From Nitrospinota bacterium (GTDB taxonomy: Bacteria > Nitrospinota_A > UBA7883), in assembly GCA_029881335.1 (NCBI GenBank), contig JAOUMU010000003.1:1-60746 (forward strand): a DNA stretch of 60,746 bases, in the 5' to 3' direction. Below the pieces are notes generated by a model. That model searched no databases, had not been told where the DNA came from, and saw nothing but the letters and a program-made list of their open reading frames with translations. How positions within the stretch are numbered: the first letter of the stretch is position 1; every line of letters starts with the position of its first letter. The translations under genes were made by a program, and so were the position numbers. Below, in pieces: positions 19,057 through 26,790 of the stretch.

Positions 19057-19803
19057 ATGAGTCAAGGTCATACAGGGAAGGAGAATAAGCTTAGGGAGCC
19101 TGTGCAAATTGGCGGCGCAATCGTTCGGCTGGAGAAAGTGTCCCGGGTGTACCAACAGGGGAAAGTGGAAGTGAAAGCGGTGGACGATCTTTCCCTGATT
19201 ATAAATAAAGGAGAGTTCACGGTGATCAGCGGCCCTTCCGGAAGTGGCAAGACCACCACCTTGAACATGATCGGCGCTCTGGATATCCCCAATTCCGGGA
19301 CAGTGGAACTGGAAGGTAGAAACCTGGGAACCCTGTCACGGACCCAGCTTTCCGAGTTGCGCCGTGACAGGATTGGTTTCGTTTTCCAAGCCTACAACCT
19401 GGCGCCCGTGCTGACGGCATATGAAAACGCCGAGTTTGTGCTGGCCCTTCAGGGCGTTCCCGCCGCCCGGCGCAGGGAGCGGACCATGAAGGTTCTCGAC
19501 GAAGTAGGGCTAAATGGGCTGGAGGACCGACGGCCGGACGAAATGTCTGGCGGGCAACAGCAAAGAGTGGCCATCGCCCGGGCCATCTGCCCCAGGCCGG
19601 CCATCGTGCTGGCGGACGAGCCCACCGCCAATGTGGACTCTCACACTGCGGAATCGATTCTGACTCTGATGCAGCAGCTTAACCAGACGGATGGGATCAC
19701 TTTCCTTTTCTCTACCCATGATCCTCAGGTGATGGAACGGGCTCGCAGGATCATCACCATGCGTGACGGGAAAGTGTTTGATGACATTACCAAGTCATTT
19801 TAG
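19057..19803 (+). CDS. ABC transporter ATP-binding protein (LolD/MacB-type)
   Basis: 3' part of ORF 18910..19803, with ATG at 19057. Walker A GPSGSGKTT, Q-loop, signature MSGGQQQRVAIARA, Walker B IVLADEPT, H-loop STHD. Confidence 0.92.
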   Translation: MSQGHTGKENKLREPVQIGGAIVRLEKVSRVYQQGKVEVKAVDDLSLIINKGEFTVISGPSGSGKTTTLNMIGALDIPNSGTVELEGRNLGTLSRTQLSELRRDRIGFVFQAYNLAPVLTAYENAEFVLALQGVPAARRRERTMKVLDEVGLNGLEDRRPDEMSGGQQQRVAIARAICPRPAIVLADEPTANVDSHTAESILTLMQQLNQTDGITFLFSTHDPQVMERARRIITMRDGKVFDDITKSF

Positions 19804-21040
19804 CGCAAGCTGGACTCTGCTGGCTGCGGGAATAGTCATTCTTCTTTTTGCCACTCCCTGCTTTGGGTTCTATGAAAGCCAGGAAGATGAGACACACCTC
19901 TCCTTGCGCGCATCCATCCGCGCATTGGGGGTGATGACGGAAAACCCGGAAGCCCCGCAGCTGTTCAAAAGCCAGAACGACTACGTAGCGGGAGGAATGA
20001 CCAGGCTGGAATTTTCCGGCGCCTGGGGTGGCTGGCTCTCCATGGAACTCAACGCGTACGCCCTGGGGTATTACAACTCCGCGGGCGCCCAGGGATCCTC
20101 CTTTGTGAAACTACAATCGGCGGATCGCAGCGGCGCTCCGGAGATTGGACTATTTAAATCCATCGACTCCAAAGGCGAAATGGCGTTGGACTGGGCCAAC
20201 CTGACAGCAACCCTTGGCGGAGCGGATCTTTCAATCGGTCGCCAGCCTGTAAACCTGGCCAGCACACTATACTTCACCCCCAACGATTTTTTCGCCCCCT
20301 TCGCCGCCGATGTGTTCTATCGGGTGTACAAGGCGGGGGTGGACGCTGTCCGGCTGGAAGCGGGGCTGGGCGCCTTGACCCAGCTGACACTTCTGACAGT
20401 GGCTGGATATGGTCATGACCAGGACACCATAAGCGGATTCGAAAACACTCCGGACAAGGATCGCACTTCATATCTTTGTCGGATATCCACTGTGGCGTTC
20501 GACTACGAGTTCATGGCTCTGGGAGGAAAAGTCCGCAGGATGATGGTGTACGGCGGATCATTTCAAGGGACGTTTTTCGACTGGCTTGGAGTCCGGGCGG
20601 AGGGGCACTGGGCAGAGCGGATGGATAATAAAGAAGCGAAGCTTGAGTGGACGCTGGAGCTGGAGCGAAGATTCCCCAGTTCGCTGGATCTGCGTCTGGC
20701 CGTCTACCACCATGGCGCTGGCGTGGAGTATGTGGATGAATACACCAAATACCTGCTTTCCGAGGGACTTGAGAGCCCATACATCGCGCGTTGGTATGCG
20801 GGGATGGGAGCGTCGTATGAGTTCACACCGCTATGGACCGGGACAGCCCTGGCGCTGATGAACCTGGTGGATGGTTCATCCACCCTCAGCGTGAACGCTG
20901 TCTACTCCCTCTCCGACGAGGGGGAGATGTTTATGGGTCTTTCCCTCCCTGCGGGCGACGCGCCCAAGGGATTTATATTAAAAAGCGAGATGGGCGCCAG
21001 ACCCAGGGCCGCCAGCGTGGAAGCGCGATACTATTTTTAG
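19781..21040 (+). CDS. putative outer-membrane beta-barrel protein
   Basis: ORF 19763..21040 (GTG), first ATG at 19781. Signal-like WTLLAAGIVILLFATPCFG. Alternating hydrophobic pattern. C-terminus ...SVEARYYF ends in an aromatic residue, as OMP barrels typically do. Confidence 0.55.
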   Translation: MTLPSHFSASWTLLAAGIVILLFATPCFGFYESQEDETHLSLRASIRALGVMTENPEAPQLFKSQNDYVAGGMTRLEFSGAWGGWLSMELNAYALGYYNSAGAQGSSFVKLQSADRSGAPEIGLFKSIDSKGEMALDWANLTATLGGADLSIGRQPVNLASTLYFTPNDFFAPFAADVFYRVYKAGVDAVRLEAGLGALTQLTLLTVAGYGHDQDTISGFENTPDKDRTSYLCRISTVAFDYEFMALGGKVRRMMVYGGSFQGTFFDWLGVRAEGHWAERMDNKEAKLEWTLELERRFPSSLDLRLAVYHHGAGVEYVDEYTKYLLSEGLESPYIARWYAGMGASYEFTPLWTGTALALMNLVDGSSTLSVNAVYSLSDEGEMFMGLSLPAGDAPKGFILKSEMGARPRAASVEARYYF

Positions 21041-21172
21041 CCGACCATTGGGGCGCTGGCGATCGGGGCGAATGTCTCGGCCCCGGTTGACACATCGGCC
21101 ATTGTGGCGCCAGAATCAAAGGATATTACTGGGGAACGTATTCAAACCGGCGCCAAGCCAGAAAGAGGGCCC

Positions 21173-22060
21173 ATGCTGGAACCTTTGCGAGCCATTCCTG
21201 GCCCGGACTTTCTCTGGTATTTCCTGGGTGCGCTGGTTGTCACCTGGTTCCTTGTCCGGCGCTGGGCCTATAACGACGGCTCGCTGGATCACATGCCCCC
21301 CCAGATGACCAGGGTGGATCCTTACTCCATCGCCGCCCTGCGCGGGGGCGCCGCGGAAACTGTGAAGGTGGCCATATACGACCTGGAGCAGCAAGGGTTG
21401 ATAAAGCTTTCCGGGGAAGGAGCGGAAATCAGGATGAGCGCCGAGGCGGACCCCAGCCGTCCACTGAACATAGTCGCCGCGGAAACCCTCGATTATATTT
21501 CCGGCAACGATTCCCCTCGCCAGATGTTCGCCGATAGCGCGTTCATAAGCAAGGTGGAGAGTCATCTTTCCTCCCACTACGACGATCTGAAACGCAAACA
21601 TCTGATGCGCGATGAAGATATGCAGTCCGCCGCTTGGATGGCGTTCATCGTCGGGGTTCTTCTTCTGGAGGGCATCGGAGGCGCCAAGATGTATTTGGGA
21701 GTGGTGAACAGCAAACCGGTTCTTTTTCTGGCTCTGCTCCTTCTCATAACCCCTGTCGCTCTCTGGTTCGCCGCCGATCCGTTGGGCAGGATCAGCGCCC
21801 TGGGCCACAAACACATCTCCTCCCTCAAAAGCCACTTTGGCTGGGTGAAGGATTCCCTTTCGAAGGAGAAGGAGACGGACAACATGAATGTGGCTTTCGC
21901 CCTGGCGGTGTTCGGCTCTGGAGCGCTAGCCGGAGGACCGCTGTACGACCTGTATAACAAGGCGGCGCAGCCCTTGAACCAGGGGGGAAGCAGCAGTGGA
22001 TGTAGCGGGTGTAGTGGGTGCGGTGGTGGATGTGGCGGTGGATGTGGAGGGTGTGGATGA
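21173..22060 (+). CDS. TIGR04222-like membrane protein with C-terminal Gly/Ser-Cys repeat tail
   Basis: ORF 21104..22060 (GTG). ATG at 21173 follows AGAGGG. N-terminal GPDFLWYFL TM helix, DPYSIAALRGG motif, three further TM helices. The last 25 aa are GGSSSGCSGCSGCGGGCGGGCGGCG (7 Cys). Confidence 0.75.
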   Translation: MLEPLRAIPGPDFLWYFLGALVVTWFLVRRWAYNDGSLDHMPPQMTRVDPYSIAALRGGAAETVKVAIYDLEQQGLIKLSGEGAEIRMSAEADPSRPLNIVAAETLDYISGNDSPRQMFADSAFISKVESHLSSHYDDLKRKHLMRDEDMQSAAWMAFIVGVLLLEGIGGAKMYLGVVNSKPVLFLALLLLITPVALWFAADPLGRISALGHKHISSLKSHFGWVKDSLSKEKETDNMNVAFALAVFGSGALAGGPLYDLYNKAAQPLNQGGSSSGCSGCSGCGGGCGGGCGGCG

Positions 22061-23190
22061 GGTTTCCCTGGGATAGCGGATTATTTCCGTGGCGACGAAA
22101 GTTCCCCAGGTACAAGCGGGGGCTGCTTCTCCAATGGCATATCACTAACCGGTGTCAGCTACGATGCGCACACTGCTACCAGGATGAATATGGTGGCGGC
22201 GAACTTGGCCTTGACGACCTGATGGGGATTCTTGAGCAATACAAGGCTCTGCTCGGCTCGCTTGGAGGGCATAGCCACTCCGGCCGTCGCGGCCTCTTGG
22301 GGAATCGCGGCCATGTCACTATCACCGGTGGGGAGCCCTTCGCCAGGGAGGATATCTGGGAGCTTTTAGATGCGCTGGTGGCGCATCGGGACTTGTTCGG
22401 ATTTGCCATCCTGACCAATGGTTATGACATGGACATCGCCATGGCCAGGCGTTTGGCCCGGCTGGGGCCCAGGTTTGCACAGGTTAGCTTGGAGGGGACG
22501 CAGGAAATTCACGACCGTATCCGGGGCGAAGGAGATTATGATCGTGTGGTGAAAGCATTGAAGGTGATGATTCGGGGCGGATTGCAGACAATGATCTCTT
22601 TTACCGCCCACTCGAAAAACTATCGGCAGTTTCCCGATGTGGCTGCACGGGGCAGGCTGCTGGGCGTGGGGAAGGTGTGGACAGACCGGATGGTCCCTTG
22701 TGGAGGCGCGGCTACAAGTAATCAGGATGTCAAGCCGCTGGATATGGATCAGACCCGTGAGTATCTTCAGATAATTGATATGGAAAGGCGCAAGGCGTCC
22801 AGGAGTTTTTTCCAGGGAACTCAGGTGGGGGGGGATCGGGCGCTGCAGTTTCTGGCCGAAGGAGGCAGACCGTACCGCTGCCAGGCTGGGGAGGGATTGA
22901 TCACCATCATGCCGGATGGGAGCCTGTACCCTTGCCGCAGGATGCCGGAAGCCGTGGGCAACGTGATGGAGACACCCCTGGTGGAGCTTTACCACGGCGC
23001 GGAGCTGTTTAAAAGTTTACGGGACGAGAACAAGATAAGCCAAGGGTGCGAGAGATGCCTGTATCGACGGTTCTGCAGGGGAGGCCTGAAATGTATGTCC
23101 CATGCGGCATTGGGGGATCCGTTTTTGGCGGATCCTGGATGCCCGTTGGCCGGGGCGAGCTCTCAAAAAGAAATGAACACTTATTTGTGA
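22057..23190 (+). CDS. radical SAM enzyme with C-terminal SPASM domain
   Basis: ORF 22018..23190. ATG at 22057 overlaps the upstream TGA (ATGA). CQLRCAHC (CX3CX2C) and ITGGEPF. SPASM pattern CQAGEGLITIMPDGSLYPC ... CERCLYRRFCRGGLKC ... GC. Confidence 0.88.
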   Translation: MRFPWDSGLFPWRRKFPRYKRGLLLQWHITNRCQLRCAHCYQDEYGGGELGLDDLMGILEQYKALLGSLGGHSHSGRRGLLGNRGHVTITGGEPFAREDIWELLDALVAHRDLFGFAILTNGYDMDIAMARRLARLGPRFAQVSLEGTQEIHDRIRGEGDYDRVVKALKVMIRGGLQTMISFTAHSKNYRQFPDVAARGRLLGVGKVWTDRMVPCGGAATSNQDVKPLDMDQTREYLQIIDMERRKASRSFFQGTQVGGDRALQFLAEGGRPYRCQAGEGLITIMPDGSLYPCRRMPEAVGNVMETPLVELYHGAELFKSLRDENKISQGCERCLYRRFCRGGLKCMSHAALGDPFLADPGCPLAGASSQKEMNTYL

Positions 23191-23197
23191 GACAGCC

Positions 23198-23932
23198 ATG
23201 AACGAGTTTGAGAATCTGGATAAGACGAAACTTTCAGCGGCGGAGAGGAAGGCGGTGGAAAGGTTTTGCTGGGAAGCGCGAGAGGGACTGGGGGAGAAAC
23301 TGTTGTCGATCACGTTGTATGGCAGCGCCGCCCGGAATGACTACCATCCTGGGCGCAGTGATATCAATATTCTGGTGTTGACCTCCACATTGAGTTTTCC
23401 CGCCATGCAGACGCTGCTGGACCCTGTGTCCAGGGGATTGCGGGTGGGCATTCATCCTTTGTTGATGACCGATGGTGATCTTCACTCCTCCACGGATATC
23501 TTCCCTGTTAAGTTTCTTTCGATGAAGGAGAGCCACTACACCCTGTGGGGGGAGGATCCTCTCTCCGGGCTTGTCATCGAGCGGGAGCATTTGCGGCTGC
23601 GGTGCGAGCAGGAAATCATGAACCTTCTGCTTCGGCTACGAAGGTACTATATCTATCATGGCGGGTGGAACCTGGAGGAAAAGATCTCCGGCAGCGTCAC
23701 CGGTTTTCTGGAAAATCTGCGAGTGGCTCTCTCCCTGGGGCAGGAAGCCATCCTCACCAGGGATCAGACCTATGAGGCCGCGGAAAAACATGGCATCTCC
23801 TCGTCCACCCTGGCCCGAGTGGTGGCAGTGAAAAACCAATCGCCCCCCAGAGAGGAACTGGAGACCATATATAGTGAGTACCTGGTGGCGGTGGAAAGGG
23901 CGGCCAAGATTGTTGATAGCGGCGAAGTGTGA
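23198..23932 (+). CDS. Pol-beta superfamily nucleotidyltransferase domain protein
   Basis: 244-aa ORF, 7 nt after the rSAM gene. LYGSAARNDYHPGRSDINILVL (GS ... D.D NTase motif). Confidence 0.68.
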   Translation: MNEFENLDKTKLSAAERKAVERFCWEAREGLGEKLLSITLYGSAARNDYHPGRSDINILVLTSTLSFPAMQTLLDPVSRGLRVGIHPLLMTDGDLHSSTDIFPVKFLSMKESHYTLWGEDPLSGLVIEREHLRLRCEQEIMNLLLRLRRYYIYHGGWNLEEKISGSVTGFLENLRVALSLGQEAILTRDQTYEAAEKHGISSSTLARVVAVKNQSPPREELETIYSEYLVAVERAAKIVDSGEV

Positions 23933-24050
23933 AGCGAGAGCCGACCGCGTTTGGCCGTGGAATGGCCCCCGGAGAGGGGACCAGGATATTTCCTGATACG
24001 CGAGCATTAAAATACAATATAATTTCGGAATAATCCAGGAGGGGAAAAAC

Positions 24051-24869
24051 ATGAAACTAAACCTGCTTCGATTCATTTCCATCGCTTTGATTGTCGCCGT
24101 GGCTTCTTGCACCGGGGCGGCGAAAAAGAGTGACTCCGTGCTCAAGGCGGAGGAAGCCTTTAAAAGGCGGGACTACGTATCCGCTTTCAACCTTTATATG
24201 GGGGAGGCTGAGAGAGGCGATCCAGAAGCCCAGTTCCGGGTGGGTTATATGTATTCCAACGGCAAGGGTGTGAAGAAGGATCAGACTCAGGCGGTGGATT
24301 GGCTCACCAAGGCCGGTAATGGCGGACATGCAATGGCCCAGCATAACCTGGGGCTTATCCACCAAAATGGCCGAGGTGTGCAAAAGAGCACAGCTGAGGC
24401 TGCCCGCTGGTATGGCATGGCGGCTAAACAGAAAGTGATCGATTCACAAATCAACCTGGCTATCCTCTATTACAAGGGGGACGGAGTGGAGAAGGACAAA
24501 GTCACTGCCGCCAGATATTTTGGCATGGCCTCCGACAGTGGCAATGTGCGCGCGCAAACAAGCCTTGCCATGATGTATATGAAGGCGGACGGCGTGCCCC
24601 AGGACTACGCTCAGGCGCTCAAGCTGTTCAAGTCCGCCGCCAATGCCGGCAATCCTTACGCCCAGAAGTACCTGGGCGATATGTATGCCCAGGGCATGGG
24701 CGCCACCCAGAGCCGCTCGGAAGCCCTGCATTGGTTCTACCAGGCGGCCGATTCATATCTGAAACTTGGACAGAAGAAAAGGGCGGAAGAGGTCGCCAAG
24801 ATGATCGGAAAGATAGATCCAAACAGCCGCGAATACGGTGAATTGCTGGACAAAATAGGAAGTCCATAA
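24051..24869 (+). CDS. Sel1-like repeat (SLR) lipoprotein
   Basis: 272-aa ORF. Lipobox ALIVAVASC. At least five repeats of the A..W..KAA..G...AQ..LG.MY..G.GV..D type. Confidence 0.85.
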   Translation: MKLNLLRFISIALIVAVASCTGAAKKSDSVLKAEEAFKRRDYVSAFNLYMGEAERGDPEAQFRVGYMYSNGKGVKKDQTQAVDWLTKAGNGGHAMAQHNLGLIHQNGRGVQKSTAEAARWYGMAAKQKVIDSQINLAILYYKGDGVEKDKVTAARYFGMASDSGNVRAQTSLAMMYMKADGVPQDYAQALKLFKSAANAGNPYAQKYLGDMYAQGMGATQSRSEALHWFYQAADSYLKLGQKKRAEEVAKMIGKIDPNSREYGELLDKIGSP

Positions 24870-24911
24870 TTTTCCAGATCATGAAGCAGGGGCCGCGAGG
24901 AGGTGGCTGAT

Positions 24912-25673
24912 ATGTCACGGGCCCCAGTGGTGGGTCTGACTGCCGACACGGATTCCGTTGTCGCCCAGAAGGGATATACGCAGGAGAGGTTCCTCCTGAA
25001 AAGGGCCTACTTCGACGCCGTTATCGCCTCCGGTGGAGTGCCTCTGCTTATCCCGGCCTATGAGAAACCACGCCATACCGATATCTATCTTTCCATGATA
25101 GACGGGTTGATTATCACCGGCGGCTATTTTGATATCGACCCAAATTTCTATGGTGAGAAGAAACGTTTCAGGATCGACAAGGTCAAGCCCGAGCGCACCC
25201 TGACGGAAATCCGGCTGATAAGAAAGGCCGTCCGCCTGAGCATGCCCACCATGGGCGTTTGCGGGGGAATGCAGGCGATAAACGTGGCATACGGTGGCGG
25301 CCTATATCAGGATATATTCTCGCAAGTCAGCGGCGCACTGCGGCACGAACAAAAGCCCATGCCTGCCAATAAACCGAGCCACGCCGTCCAGTTGGCCCCC
25401 GCCAGCCGCCTGGCCAGGATCATGAAGGCCGAGACGATCATGGTAAACTCCACCCACCACCAGGCGATCTGGAAAGTGGGACGGAACCTGACAGCTTGCG
25501 CTTTCTCCTCCGATGGGGTGGCCGAAGCGATAGAGGGAAAGGGCCCCGGCTTCCTGCTGGGTGTGCAGTGGCATCCGGAACAATTATTGGGGAAAACCCC
25601 GGAAAGCGCCAAGCTCTTTAAGGCATTCGTAGCCCAGTGCCGCAATTTCAAAAAGTCGCGGGTAGGCCGATAA
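24912..25673 (+). CDS. class I glutamine amidotransferase, peptidase C26 / gamma-glutamyl-GABA hydrolase (PuuD-like) family
   Basis: ORF 24903..25673 (GTG). ATG at 24912 lies about 10 nt after GAGGAGG. Catalytic GVCGGMQ, HHQA and VQWHPE motifs. Confidence 0.87.
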   Translation: MSRAPVVGLTADTDSVVAQKGYTQERFLLKRAYFDAVIASGGVPLLIPAYEKPRHTDIYLSMIDGLIITGGYFDIDPNFYGEKKRFRIDKVKPERTLTEIRLIRKAVRLSMPTMGVCGGMQAINVAYGGGLYQDIFSQVSGALRHEQKPMPANKPSHAVQLAPASRLARIMKAETIMVNSTHHQAIWKVGRNLTACAFSSDGVAEAIEGKGPGFLLGVQWHPEQLLGKTPESAKLFKAFVAQCRNFKKSRVGR

Positions 25674-26310
25674 TCGCCATCACGTCCCTCTAAAGCGGAC
25701 AAGTGTCCCGTTTCCCAACCATCCGCCCCGTCCGGTTTCAGGACAATTGTCACCGTCTAGATCCTTGTAGATTGGCTAACATGTTGAATAACATGGCAGA
25801 ACAATGATGGCGCCTCGTTTGCAGTAATATTAATCGAAATAGTTGAATTGGTGACAAGGAAGTTCAATTTAAAATTAGTAAATAAAAATTTGCCTCTATT
25901 CCTGTTGAACGCGTTGGCCGGGCTGTCCACCGTTTGCGCGGTGGCGGCCTTCGCTTCACACATGCTACATGCGAATTAAGCATGAAGCCAGCAGAATTTA
26001 TCTGAAAAGCATTTGGGTTTACACCATCGATTGCTTAATCCTGATAATCAGCGCGGTGACCAGCCCGGCGTAGGCCGGGGAGATGGAATGAGTAAAATCG
26101 GGGGATGGTGGGTATAAAAACAGCGTTTTAGCTGAAAATCAATCCCTGGAAGCAAGGTCATGCTGGCATTCAACCAACCACCTATCAGGATTGCTAAAAG
26201 TTTGGATAAAACCGAGAGATCATGGTAGATTTACGGTAACAACGGGTATCATCCGGGAAATATCGGATAATAGTTACCAAGCCCAATAATCTGCCAGCCC
26301 TGATAAGCAT

Positions 26311-26790
26311 ATGGTTTATTTGAATCGGTTTATTTATCCTCTGGCGATTCTTTGCATGGCGGCCCTGGCGCATGGCTGCTCCTCCGGCTCCGGAGACAAT
26401 TCCGGCGTATCCCAGACCGCGGAGACAGGCTCCCCCTATTTATCAGGCGTCTATGAGTTCAAAGTGGATGTGGCCACCGCAAACTGCTCCGATGGGTCCC
26501 ATCCGCGGCAGGGATTCAACTTCTTGGCGGAGATTATCCAGAACGGGGATTTTTTGGAAGCCAGGCGCGATGGCCAGACAATTGGCCGGGGCGATATTGA
26601 CAAGACAGGCAAATTCCACATGTCCGGCGCCCTGGAGGCGCAAGGATTGAAGATCGTTGTGAACATGGATGGGCAGGCCGATGGCAAAACCCTTTCCGGC
26701 GAGTCGAAATCCGCCTGGGAGACGGCTCCCGGCCTGAGATGCAGCCACGTTTCCGGATTCACCGCCACGCCGAGCCAGGGAGGCGTGTGA
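26311..26790 (+). CDS. hypothetical lipoprotein
   Basis: 159-aa ORF. Lipobox AALAHGC followed by SSGSGDNSG linker. Its stop overlaps the next start (TGATG). Confidence 0.6.
   Translation: MVYLNRFIYPLAILCMAALAHGCSSGSGDNSGVSQTAETGSPYLSGVYEFKVDVATANCSDGSHPRQGFNFLAEIIQNGDFLEARRDGQTIGRGDIDKTGKFHMSGALEAQGLKIVVNMDGQADGKTLSGESKSAWETAPGLRCSHVSGFTATPSQGGV

Noticed and set aside
22018-22056. Trp-rich N-terminal extension (MRWWMWRWMWRVW) of the radical SAM ORF.
   Set aside because: It is the +1 reading of the (GGN-TGY)n DNA that encodes the Gly/Cys tail of the upstream gene. The ATG at 22057, with its ATGA overlap, is the more plausible start.
25772-25787. Sigma-54-promoter-like TTGGCTAACATGTTGA in the AT-rich leader. 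TGGCAC-like strings also occur at 26951 and 41531.
   Set aside because: The GG-N10-GC spacing is not satisfied (GA instead of GC at -12, or no TTGC element), and two of the three lie inside coding sequence.
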